Shown one piece after another: positions 1-11,345 of a stretch of 64,000 nt of DNA. The DNA is from Okamejei kenojei. Taxonomy: Eukaryota. Positions within the stretch are counted from its first letter, which is position 1; each line of letters begins with the position of its first letter. The stretch spans positions 34,658,001 to 34,722,000 of the forward strand of contig CM069142.1 in the NCBI GenBank assembly GCA_035221665.1. The letters are read 5' to 3'. The translations under genes and the position numbers were made by a program. Under the pieces are notes generated by a model. That model did no database searches. It was not told the DNA's origin and saw nothing but the letters and a program-made list of their open reading frames with translations.

Positions 1-417
1 TGTATCCATTTCCAGCAAAGTTTGATGTCTTGCAATCACATCAGCTTTACAAACTGGGATCCTGTCAACTATCAAACAATTCAACCAGTAAATAAATGTC
101 TCCCTTGAAGGCTGTGTGTGCGTATTCAATGAGTAGCTATCTGCACTGCACATGCCAGCTAGCCTTGTGTTCCGAGCTAACAACACTGTGCTGGAGTAAC
201 TCAGCGGATCAGGCAGCATCTCTGGAGACCATGGACAGATGATGATTCAGGTCGGGATCCTTCTTCATGCCAAGCTTGTGTTTTTGTGCTGTCCTTTGGG
301 GCAGGAGTAAGGGTCAAGAGAAAAGAGTGTGTAATTGTCATATGTACCAACAATGATACCATGACATTTGTACTTGCAGCAGCCTAACAGGCCCGTAAAC
401 ACATTGCACATAGATAA

Positions 418-735
418 GTTAGTTTGGTTTAGAGATCCAGCAGGGAAACAGGCCCTTCGGCCCATCGAGTCCATGCCGACCATCGATCACCCGTTCACAC
501 TATTTCTACGTTATTCAGCTTTCTCATCCTCTGCACACTAGGGACAATTTAAAGAGGCCAATTTACTGACAAACCCACACATCTTGGGGATGGGGAGAAA
601 ACCGGAGTACCTGGAGGAAACCCATGCGGTCTCAGGAAAATGTGCAAACTCCACATAGACAGCACCCAAGGTCAGTATCGAACCTGGGGGGCTGGCACTG
701 TGAAGCAGCAACTCCACCAGCTGTAACCATCGTGT
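418..735 (-). mobile_element. V-SINE (HE1-like)
   Basis: tRNA-like head with B-box GGTTCGAT, V-domain GGAGTTTGCAC.TT..CC..GGGTTTCCTCC.GG..CTCCGGTTT, CR1-like tail (TAAAC)n. Confidence 0.85.
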
Positions 736-1174
736 CGCCATATTTTCCCACATTTGGCCCATATCCTTTTAAATCTCTCCTATCCATGAATCTGTTCAGT
801 GTCTTTTAATTACAGTAGCTGCCTCAACTACCTCCTCCGGCAGCTCGTTCTGTATACCCACCACTCTCTCAGTGGAAACGTTGTCCCTCAGGTTCCTATT
901 AAATATTTCCCCTCTCCCACCTCTGGTACATGAGCTTTCTTTCCTTTGTGATTCTGAAGAGACTAATTAAAACTTTGCTTTACCAGATTGTTGCTACCAT
1001 TTACTGATACCTTTATCACATTAATGTCACAGGTTTTCCAGAGTTAGCATCTCCAATATAATAACCCATCATCCAAAACATAATTTCTAGTTGCTGAGTT
1101 ATCCAGCAATCTGTGTCCTTTTTTTTGTAAACCAGCATCTATTGTTCCTTGTTTCCACATTTTACTCTCAGTGG

Positions 1175-1445
1175 GAGGCACATGGTTCAGTGGTAGAATC
1201 GCTGCCTCACAGCACCAGACCGGGTTTGTACATCCTCCCTGTGACCGCGTGGGTTTTCTCCGAGTGCTCTGGTCTCTTCCCACATCCCAGAGACGTGCAG
1301 GTTTGTAGATTAATTTGTAGGTTAATTGTCTTCTGTAAATTGTCCCTAGTGTGCAGGATAGAACTAATGTATGGGGTGATCGCTGGTTGGCACAGACTCA
1401 GTGGGCTGAAGGGCCTGTTTCCGCGCTGCATCTCTAAACTAACAA
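1175..1445 (+). mobile_element. V-SINE (HE1-like)
   Basis: Same consensus, with an internal deletion. Confidence 0.8.
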
Positions 1446-1899
1446 AAATGAATAAGTGAGGTTTCTTTGCATAACTGGGTCAAAGATGGTCTACGACAAG
1501 CTCAACTTTGACCAGTTGATTTCTTGACACGTGCGAACAATTATGAATTATTCTTCCAGAATATTTCATAAGCCTGTAATAGCAGCAGCGATCTTTGATG
1601 TTCAATCTAATTTGACTATCGGTAGGCAATGAAATAAAGGGTGCAGTTAGATATTTGGACATTCGAGATGAGCTTCAAAGTGCTGGTGTGCATCACCAGA
1701 TGAGAGAGAATGTTAAATGTGGGATGTTGTGACAGGAATCGCTCCGTCTTTGGAGAAATATATCTCCTTTGATCCTTCAATGATACCAAACCTCAACACA
1801 GCACAGTAGGTGATGAATTTTCCCTGAGGCTGACAGCAGAGGTGGTCTGCTGGCTCTGGCTCATGTCCTCTCACTGCCCGGCTCAGTTTATTGGGCAAT

Positions 1900-2210
1900 T
1901 GCCCAGAGTAGGGGATTCGAGAACCAGAGGGCATAGGTTTAAGGTGAGGGAGGGAAGATTTTATAGGTATCTGAGGGGAAGCTTTTTCACACAAAAGGTG
2001 GTAGATGTATGGGACAAGCTGCCAGAGGAGGTAGTTGAGGCAGGGACTATCATAATGTTTAAGAAGCAATTAGACAGGTACATGGATAGAACAGGTTTAG
2101 AGGGATTTGGGCCCAATGCAGGCAAGTGGGACTGGTGTAGATGGGACCCATTGGTCAGTGTGGGCAAGTTGGGCCGAAGGGCCCGTTTCCACACTGTATG
2201 ACTCTACTAT
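1900..2210 (+). mobile_element. CR1 (HER1-like) 3' end
   Basis: SRTRGHRFKV..FFTQKVVDVWDKLP; 3' tail GGGCCGAAGGGCC..CTGTATGACTCTA shared with the V-SINEs. Confidence 0.85.
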
Positions 2211-2304
2211 AATTGCATGACATAGGTTTTGGTTTATTATTGTCACGTGAACCGGTGTTTTGTATGTTTCCAATCAGATCGGATAATACCATACGTAGAT
2301 TTGG

Positions 2305-2605
2305 AAGGGCGCAGTGGTAGAGTCGCTGCCTCACAGTGCAAGAGGCCCAGGTTCAATCCTGACCCTGGGTGCGGTCTGCACGTTCTCCCTGTGACCATGT
2401 GGGTTTCCTCTGGGTGCTCTGGTTCCCTCCCACACTCCAAAGATGTGCAGATTTGTTGGTTAATGGGCTTCTGTAAATTGCCCCTAGTGTGTAGGATGTG
2501 AAACTGGGACAACATCGAACTAGTGTCCGGGTGATTGTTGGTCAGCACAGACAAGGTAGGCTGAAGCCCTGTTTACACACTGTACCCTAAACTAAACTAA
2601 ACTAA
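2305..2605 (+). mobile_element. V-SINE (HE1-like)
   Basis: Same consensus; (TAAAC)n tail. Confidence 0.85.
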
Positions 2606-4186
2606 AGATGCAATCAAGTCAAAATGTCGACAAACCAGCCACACTTTGTCTTGTCGCTCCTTTCTCCCAGCTTTATTTCCTTCCCCCCTCCTCCCCCCCC
2701 CCCCCCCCCCCCCATTACAATAAATCTGAAGATGTGTCCCAACCTAAAACATCACCAATCCATGTTCTCCAGAGATGCTGATTGAAGCACTGAGTTACTC
2801 CAGCAATTTGTGGCCCTTTTTTTACAATCAGGTCAAACTCGAGTATAATAGAAGGGGAAGGTACAGAGTGCAGAATGTAGTTCTCGGCATCGTAACGCAC
2901 CAGTTCCAGAGACAAAGTCCAATGTCCGCAATGAGGCAGAGGTGAATCAGACAGTGCCGAGCTTATGGAAGGGCCGTTCCGAAGCCTGATAACAGAGGGG
3001 AAGAAGCTGATAGTTCTTGGTATGGTAGAGAGGTCTTTAGTTTATGCATTTTCACTCTCTTCCAAGGGTCGTGAGAAGTTGCTAAAACAATGCGCCATGC
3101 TCTGCACTGTACCTACACCCCCACCTCTCTTCCAGCTTTCTCCCCCCAACCAAAATTAGTCTGAAGAACGGTCCCACTTGAAATGACGCCTATCCATGTT
3201 CTCCAGAGATGCTGCCTGACCTGCTGAGTTTGCCAGCACGTTGTGTCTCTTTTTGTGTAAACCAGCATATACTGCTCCAGTGCGAAATCTCCTCAAGGTA
3301 TGGATACTTTGAAGTTCTCCTCCTCCCTCCGACGGCTTCTGTGAGACCCTGTCATTCCTTCTACTCTTTGACCGTGTTCAGCTCCAGACTTTGTCCTCCC
3401 ATTTGCCAATCAAACCCACCCCCTCAGGTGTACGCACCAATCACTTGCCAGGCTTTGCCCTGTCCCTTCCTCTCATCCAGCTTTCCCCCCTATCCCCACC
3501 ACCATAATCAACTTGAAGAAGGGTCTCGATCCAAAACGTCACCTAACCATATACTCCACAGTTTTATGTTTCGTCTATTGTCAGGTACATTGAAAAGCTT
3601 TTGTTGTTGCGTGCGATCCAATCAGCGGAAAGTCTACACAAGATTATAATCGAGCCTCCACACTGTACAGATACAGGATAAGGGGAAATAGCGTTTCGTG
3701 CAAGATAATGTCCAGTAAAGTTTGATTAAAGATAGTCCGAGGGTCTCCATTGAGATAGATGGGAGGTCAGGACCGCTCTCTAGTTGGTGAGAGAATGGTT
3801 CAATTGCCTGATTGCTACCCCATCAGGTATGTGGGTATATGAATGCTAGATATATTGATCTAAATTTCTCAATTTTAAAGGGAAGGTGTTGATATCTCTG
3901 CTAATAGATTTATGCATTAATGGATCGATGTTCATGCTGTGGTTTTTAAAGCCTTTCAAATGAAGAGTGGTGTGCACAGAAACAGCTCTGTGGGCTGTTT
4001 TTCCTCGGGGTAATGCAAAATTCCATCTCATCTTTATTTTCCATGTGTTTTTCTCGCTTGTTTTCCAAGCCTGCTGTGTGGATCTTTAATCCTAGAACAT
4101 CGTGTTGGCAGTCTCTATAATAAGGATCAATATGTCTCAAAACCATCTCGTGGAATTAAACATATTTACAAGCACAGAACCGTTTT

Positions 4187-4485
4187 GGGTGACACAGTGG
4201 CACAGAGGTACTGCCTTACAGTGTCAGAGACCTGGGTTCGGCCCTGACTATGGGTGCTGTCTGGTATGGAGTTTGCACGTTCTCCTTGTGACTGCATGGG
4301 TTCTCTCCGGAAGCTCCAGTTTCCTCCCACATTCCAAAAATGTGCAGTTTTTTACATGAATTTGCTTCTGTAAATTGTCCCTGGTGTTTAGGGTAGAACT
4401 AGTGTACAGGATAATTGTTGGTCGGCGCGACCTCGGTAGGCCGAAGGGCCTGGTTCCACACTGTATCTCTAAGCTAAACTAAACT
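4187..4485 (+). mobile_element. V-SINE (HE1-like), part of the inverted duplication with 35021-35463
   Basis: Same consensus, with private variants shared with the 35174-35463 copy. Confidence 0.85.
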
Positions 4486-5751
4486 TGAGCAGCAGCGCCC
4501 TTCAGACACTCAAACGGGCACGTCTTGCCAGCATAATGTGACATCCTGTGTAAAATCCGCATTGAAATGGAGTTATTAAATAATCCGCTGCCGACCCCTC
4601 AGTGCCACACAGTATGTGTCAGGAGGTCACAGAGAGGTTAAGATGGGCTAGTGTGTTGGATAGAACTGGTGTACAGATGAGTGCTGGTTGGTGGGGACAT
4701 GGTGGGCTGGAGGTCCTGTTTCTGCACTGTATCTCTGAACTCTAAACTAAAAGGTGCAGCACAGGAACAGGCCTTCAGCCCACAATGTCTGGGCCAAGAC
4801 AAACTAATCAGCTTTATGATGGCAGTTCAGTGAGTCTATAAAGAGCCGTCCACATCATCTACACATTTAAACCATTTGGAACATGGAACAGTACAGCACT
4901 AGAACGGGCCATTCAGCCCACAATGTCTGCACTGTACATGATGTCAAGACCGTTACATATTTACCTGCGCAAGAGCCATATCACTCCATTCCCTGCATGC
5001 CCATGTACCTATCCAAACGCCACTATCTCATCAGCCTCCACCACCACCTCTAGCAACGCGTTCCAAGCACCCACCACCGTCTGCGTAAAAAAACCTTGCC
5101 CAGCACATCTCCTTTAAACTCTGCCCCTCACACCTTAAAGCTCTTTCCCTAGTATTTGAGTTAAACATCCTAGGAAAAAGATTCAGTCTGCCCAATCTCT
5201 GCTTCTCATCATTTTCTATTACTTTTTGAGTCACAGTGATAAAGAGATACAGGACGAAACAGGCCCTTCGGCCCATCGAGTCCACACCCGACCATTGCCC
5301 ACCCAGTTACACTAATTCTATATTAAACTCCTTGTTTTATTCTCCCCATATTTTCATCAACTCCCCCCCGAGATTTTATCACTCATCTACACACTCTTGG
5401 CATTTTATTGTGGTCAGTTAACCCATCAACTTGAATGTCTTTGGGATAATAGGAATATCCGGACAACCATTAGGTCACAGGGACAAATGTGCAAACGTCC
5501 ACATAGGCGGCATCCAAGATCAGGATTGAACCCTGGTCCCCTGGTGCTGTGAGGCAGCAGCTCTATTAGGATGAGTTTATTATTGTCACATGTACTGAGA
5601 TTCAGTGAAAAGCTTTTGTTTGTGTGCTTCCAATTAAATCAGAGTTTGGACAAACTTGGATTGTTTTCTCTGAAACAGGAGGTTGAGGAGAGACCCGATA
5701 GAAGTATCTAAAATTATGAGAGGCATTGGTAAAGCAGACAGCCAGAACCTT

Positions 5752-5995
5752 TTTCGATCCTGACCACGGGTGCTGTCTTTACAGAGATTGCACGTTCTCC
5801 CTTTAACGGCACTTGTTTTTCTCCGGGTGCTCCAATAAATTCTCTCACATCCCAAAGACGTGCAGGTCTGCGGGTTAATTGGCTTTTGTAAATTGTCCCT
5901 AATGTGTAAGATAGAACTGGTGTGAACGGGTGATAGATGGTTGGTGCAGACTCGGTGGGCCGATAGGCCTGTTTCCACGCTGTATCTCTAAACTG
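5752..5995 (+). mobile_element. V-SINE (HE1-like), 5'-truncated, abutting the Gypsy 5' LTR
   Basis: Consensus from the B-box to the tail. Confidence 0.8.
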
Positions 5996-6001
5996 ATACA
6001 C

Positions 6002-6217
6002 TGTGGCGGCACCTGGTGGCAACCCAAGGGCACAACGAACCATCGGCTCTGGAGGGCCGGTGTCTTGGTGTGGGAGGTGCTAGTCACTGGATCGGTACCT
6101 GAGTTGGTATTTAAGGCCGGACAACGCCCGTGACCTCGGGGGAGTAGGCAGCTGTATTGGAGAGAATAAACATGCCTAGTGCATGTATTGGCTGGACTCC
6201 TGCGAGTCCCCGCTACA
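6002..6217 (+). repeat. 5' LTR (216 bp)
   Basis: TGTGGCGG...CCGCTACA; TATTTAA box; AATAAA at 6165-6170; direct repeat of 7772-8005. Confidence 0.92.
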
Positions 6218-6219
6218 CT

Positions 6220-7682
6220 AGTCGGCTGTTGGCGGCCTCTCGCCTTCTTTAGCCGTCACCTGCAGCGCTACAGCACTTTCGACTGGGAGTTGCTCACCTT
6301 ACACCTCGCAGTGCAACACTTCCGGTACTTCCTCGAGGGCCGTTCCTTCGTAGCCTTCACAGACCACAAGCCCCTTTGCTTTCGCAAAGGTTTCAGATCC
6401 TTGGTCAGCAGCGCCAGCTGGCGGCTATTTCGGAGTATACAACGGACGTCCGACACATCGCCGGGAAATGCAAACTAGTGGCGGATACTATGTCCCGTTC
6501 GGCAATTGCAGCCGTGCATAACACGTCCTCGGGAATGGATTATTCCGCCTTGGTGGGCGGACGATGAGATGTCGGCTTATCGCACCACGTTCTCTGGCTT
6601 GGTGCTTGAAGACGTGCCGTTGGATCCCTCGCGTTCCATCCTCTGCGACGTATCCACGGGTCAGCCGAGGCCTATGGTCCCGGCAGCCTGGCGCAGTCTT
6701 GTCTTTGAGGTGATCCATGGACTGGCCCACCCATCCATCTGGCACGGACCTCGGAAGCAGATCCCTTGCTGGGCCTGAGCGTGCATGCCGTGCCAGACTT
6801 CGAAGGTGCAACAACACGTCCGGGCGCCCGTTCAAGACTTCACAGTGCCACGCTGGCGGTTCGATCACGTGGCTATGCCTCCATCCCAGGGTGTTGCGCA
6901 CCTGCTTACAGTGGTGGACCGTTTTATGCGGTGGCCGGAGGCCATCCCGCTCGTGGACAATTCAACGTGCTCGTGCACTCGTGGCAACTTGGATTGCCTG
7001 CTTTGGGGTTCCACTTCACATCACGTCCGACCAGGGCGCCCAGTTCACACCTGGCCCGCCTGTTGGGGACGCAGCTCCACCACTCGACAGCGTGCCATCC
7101 CCAGTCAAATGGGTTGGTGGAGCGGTTCCACCGCTGTCTGGAAACCACCCTGAAGGCTCGTCTCACGGGCCCTGGGTGGATGGACGAGTTGCCATGGGTC
7201 CTGTTGGGGATTCGGACGGCCCCCAAGGAGGATCTGCTGTTGTCCTCCGCGGAGTTGGTATATGGTGCTCCGCTCACCGTCCCCGAGGGTTTGTCCCTGA
7301 TGCTGATGGGTCTCAGGAACCCCTGTCGTCGGTGCTGATCCGCTTGTGGGAGAGGGTCGGCGCCCTGTCTCCCATCCCAACGTCGCGTCATGGAGTGGCC
7401 CCTTCCCATGTGCCACTGCCACTGATGGGCTGCCCGTACGTTTTTCTTCGCCGTGACTCCAACAGGTCGCCCTTGCAGCGCCTGTTTGAATGTCCCTTTC
7501 TCATGCTGCAGCATGGGCCTACTACATTCAATTTGGACATGGGAGGCTGGCGTGAAACAGTGTCTATGGCTCGTTTGAAACCGGCCCACTTGGACCTGAG
7601 CGAGCCAGTCCATGTGGCTCAACCTCTCTGTCGCGGGCGTCCGCCGTCCCGGGCTCCCAGAGATTCTTCCGAACCGAGCTAG
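6220..7682 (+). pseudogene. Frameshifted Gypsy pol remnant: RNase H and integrase
   Basis: RNase H motifs WRPLAFFSR..YSTFDWELL..FTDHKPL; integrase HGLAHPS..PCQTSK, VVDRFMRWPEAIP, ITSDQGAQF, HPQSNGLVERFHR, and a GPY/F-like tail VSMARLKPAH, spread over several frames. Confidence 0.9.
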
Positions 7683-7771
7683 CCCCTGGAGCGTGGGATT
7701 GTATCTGCGCGTGCGGGCCGCCTCGTTCGGCATCCCGTCCGGTTCGGTGCCTCTGGTTCTGGGGAGGTTCA

Positions 7772-8005
7772 TGTGGCAGCACCTGGTGGCACCCCAAAGG
7801 CACAACGAACCATCGGCTCTAGAGGGCGGTGTCTTGGTGTGGGAGGCACTAGTCACTGGGTCGGTACCTGAGTTGGTATTTAAGGCCGGGCAATGCCCGT
7901 GACCACGGGGGAGTAGGGAGCTGTGTTGGAGAGAATAAACATGCCTAGTGCACACAACTCGTGTCCGACTAGTTTTTGGCTGCACTAGTGCGAGTCACCG
8001 CTACA
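7772..8005 (+). repeat. 3' LTR (234 bp)
   Basis: TGTGGCAG...CCGCTACA; AATAAA at 7934-7939. About 12 substitutions plus 1 indel versus the 5' LTR over the first ~180 bp, and an ~18-19 bp indel in U5. Confidence 0.92.
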
Positions 8006-8478
8006 ACGCAAGTGAATTGCCTTTATTAAATCTACAACATTGTGACAAATATCTGAAAATAATGTTATAAATATTGGCTTTTCTGAAATTGACACATCTC
8101 TAAACTAAACTAAATCTCTATGCATTGGAAGGAACTGTTGATGCTGGTTTATACTGAAGATAGACACAAAGTGCTGGAGTTACTCAGCAGGTCAGGCAGC
8201 ATCTTTGGAAAAAAAGAACAGACTGGGTCTGAACTGGGTCAGACTTCAGTATGAAGAAGGGGTCCGATACAAAACACCACCTATTCTTTTTCTCCATGGA
8301 TGCTGCCTGACCCACTGAGTTACTCCAGCTCTGTGTGTCCAAACTAAATCTCTACCACCAATGTCACTGTGCTGCCCAAAGTTGAGCTATCATTGAATCT
8401 CGTACAATCTCTGTTGAATAAATAATTGTTTATAATATGTTCTTTTGACCATTCCTGTCCTGTTCTGTTCTCTCCCAG

Positions 8479-8886
8479 TTATTCCAGATACTCTCCGTGC
8501 AACATCTGTCGCCCAGGAGCTGAATAAAGTGGAGGGAGATTCGCTGGAGCTGGTGTGCGAGGTCTCTGAGCAGACGCCGTACCACACACACGTGGCCGTC
8601 ACGTGGTATCTCCAGAAGGCAGATCAGAGTCTCAAGGTCATCTCGCTGACCCGGGATTTCATCCTACGTCCCGGAGAGTCGTACAGGCAGAGGCAGACAT
8701 CGGGCGACGTCCGACTGGACAAAACTGGGGCTACGTCCTACAGACTCACCATCTACAGACTTCAACCGTTTGACCAGGGGACCTTCTATTGCGAGGCCAG
8801 AGAGTGGATCCAAGACCCAGATAAATCCTGGTACACCATAGCCACCAAGCCCTCCGATAGGACCACCGTCAATGTAAAAGCCACGG
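8479..8886 (+). CDS. IGSF3: IGSF3 exon encoding V-set Ig domain 2 (first exon visible; 408 nt, phase 1-1)
   Basis: Acceptor tctcccag|TT, donor ACGG|gtaagg. Translates VIPDTLRAT..LELVCEV..VTWY..DQGTFYCEAREWIQDPDKSWY, with the EWI motif and close match to my recollection of human IGSF3 Ig2 (VIPDSLQTT..EWIQDPDGSWY). Confidence 0.95.
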
Positions 8887-10123
8887 GTAAGGCATTGATT
8901 TAGAATGATTACTCCTCAACAAGGTACATCAAAATCACTATTGCCAAAGTCTGAAAGAATAGGGTATTGAGAAGGGTCCCAACCTGAAATCAGATATAAA
9001 TGGATCGAAGAGTATGGGTGTCAGAGGTTATGGGGAGAAGGCAGGAGAATGGGGTTGAGAGGGAAAGATAGATCAGCCGTGAATGACTGGCGGAATAGAC
9101 TCAATGGACTGAATGGCCCAATTCTGCTCCTATAACTTATGAAGAGTTGCTAATTATGAAGCTAGAAGAGGAAATGTAGGTGGAAGGGGAGAGAAAGAGG
9201 TGCGGGTCCAATCAATCATTTTGTCTCACACCTTCTGTATTTTTATCTCTGGTCTTTATCCTACTGTCTGCCTATCACAAAATCCTCCACACCTGTATCC
9301 AACTGTTACCTACCGGGCCTTGTCCCGACCCAAAACATCACCTCCTTTGCTCCAGAGATGCTGCCTAACCTGCTGAATTATTGCAACACTTTGTGTCCTT
9401 TTGTGCAAACCAGCATGTACAGTTCCTTGCTTCTACATTTTGAATGTTCAAGTAAGTCTTGGACAATCACAGGCTTCATTTTTAGAGTCTTACAACATGG
9501 AAACGGGCCCTTCAGCCCATCTTGCCCATGACAACCAAGGTGTCTCCATTAGTGTAGGAAGGAACTGCGATTGCTAGTATATACTGAAGATAGACACAAA
9601 ATGCTGGGCAGGCAGCAACCCTGGAGAAAAGGAGCAGGTGATGTTTCGGGTCTGAACCTTTCTTCAGACTAAAAGTAGAGCAGTGGGATCTGGAGATAGG
9701 ATAAGGCGGGAACAAATCAAGGCTGGTAACAAGATGACCAAGGAAGGGTGGAGCCCATACTGGTCCATTTGTTGGCTGGGGAAGAGGTGATAACGTCTGC
9801 CTCCACTCGTCCCAGCTACCTGCATTTGGTCTGTATAGAAACATAGAAACATAGAAAACAGGTGCAGGAGGAGGCCATTTGGCCCATCGAGCCAGCACCG
9901 CCATTCATTGTGATCATGGCTGATCATCCCCAATCAATAACCCGTGCTTGCCTTCTCCCCATATCCCTTGATTCCACTAGCCCCTAGAGCTCTATCTAAC
10001 TATCCTTCTAAACTCTATCCTTGTAAACTTTTCCTATTCATGTTTCCTGCCTTTTAGTTGTAAATCCTGAACCTAGGATTCTCAAGCAGTCACCGATAAA
10101 TGTATGTCCGTGTTTTGTTACAG

Positions 10124-10513
10124 ATAAGAACTTCAGTGTTCATTTGGAGAATGAAAGGAAAGTCTTCACGGTGGGAGAGAGCTTGGAGTTGAGGTGTGTC
10201 ATTGTGGCTCAGAATATACAGGACCGATATTTCTCAGTGTTGTGGATCTATAACGGCACGCAAATCGTCAATATTGGCCGCAACGCAGTGCCAACGGTCC
10301 ATGCAGACTACACAACGAGAGAGCGTTTGGGATATATAAGGTTTGCAAAAGAGACTGATACAACATATCTGCTGAAGATCTACCACCTTCAGGTGAAAGA
10401 TAGTGGCAAGTATCACTGTCGGGCCACTGAGCACGAGAGGACGGTGACAGGAGATTTCATCGGCAGAGACACGAACAAATCTACGAAACATTTAATAATT
10501 GTTCTGCCTGTCA
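10124..10513 (+). CDS. IGSF3: IGSF3 exon, Ig domain 3 (390 nt, phase 1-1)
   Basis: gttacag|AT acceptor, GTCA|gtaagt donor. DKNFSVHLENERKVFTVGESLELRC..DRYFSVLW..DSGKYHCRATEHERTVTGDFI..IIVLPV, in frame with flanking exons. Confidence 0.95.
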
Positions 10514-10544
10514 GTAAGTAACTGTTCAAAATTGTTAATCCACC

Positions 10545-11345
10545 CTTGCAGAATTTCCCCTGCAACCTGCCACTATAACTCCTTCCTCAACTCCATTCAG
10601 GGACCCCTTTCAGGTGAGGCAGGGGTTCACTTGCACCTCTTCCAACCTCATCTACTATATTCGCTATTCCAGCTGAAGGCTCCTATATATCGGCGAGACC
10701 AAGCACGGACTGGGTGATGGTTTCGCTTAACACTAATGCTCAGTCTGCCTTTACCTACGTGTCTCCCGTTTGCCAAACATTTTAACTCCCCTTCCCGTTC
10801 CCACACTGACTTTTCTATCCTGGGCCTCCTCCATTGTCAGAATGAGGCCACATGGAAAATGGAGGAACAGCACCTCATTTTTCGCTTTGGCAGCTTACAC
10901 TGGAGCAGTATGAAAATTGACTTCTCTAATTTCAAGTAACCCTTGCATTCCCTCTCTCCCCATCCCTCCCTCACCCTAGTCGAGCTGCTATGTTTACTGT
11001 TCATATCCCTTCATTATCAACCCTTCCACAGCCAACAATGGACCATTGTGAGCTCCGCTTTTCCTTGGTCATGGGTGCCGGCTCTGATTCCTTCTGAACC
11101 ATTTCATACCCCTAGTTTACCTCTCCCCTTCTTCTTCTTTCATGTGGCCTGCACAACCTAAAGTTGTTGGACAACTTGTTCTATTTGATCTTCCGTTTGT
11201 GCATGTCGAGTTGATTGCATTAGTCGAAACAGGGTTGTAATCTTCCACCCCACCTCTCCCCTGAAGAAGGGTCTCGACCCAAATCGTCACCTATTTCCTT
11301 TCTCCAAAGATGCTGCCTGACCCGCTGAGTTATTCCAGCATTTTG
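10545..11345 (+). mobile_element. Penelope-like element 3' fragment (GIY-YIG endonuclease end plus pLTR with hammerhead-like motif)
   Basis: Translates FTCTSSNLIYYIR..LLYIGETK.. then PFAKHFNSPS..LGLLHCQNE..EEQHLIFRFGSL..MKIDFSNFK* with internal stops; followed by CTGAAGAAGGGTCTCGACCC at 11261. Starts about 30 bp after the Ig3 donor. Confidence 0.85.
11130..11251 (-). mobile_element. Short (GAA)n-tailed retroposon (122 bp)
   Basis: TSD ACCTCTCCCCT at 11119-11129 and 11252-11262; inserted in the Penelope pLTR. Confidence 0.85.

Larger units (their letters stand above)
6002..8005 (+). mobile_element. Internally deleted Ty3/Gypsy LTR retrotransposon (LTR-RNaseH-integrase-LTR)
   Basis: Two direct LTRs with TG..CA termini; purine tract GGGGAGG just before the 3' LTR; 4-bp flanks ACAC/ACGC (TSD with one CpG-type change); pol motifs inside. 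Confidence 0.92.

Noticed and set aside
6924-7985. 353-aa minus-strand ORF as a novel gene
   Set aside because: Antisense shadow of GC-rich integrase/LTR sequence; no recognisable motifs.
1-8478. IGSF3 signal-peptide or Ig1 exon
   Set aside because: No ORF with V-set Cys/Trp spacing found; these exons must be upstream of the window.
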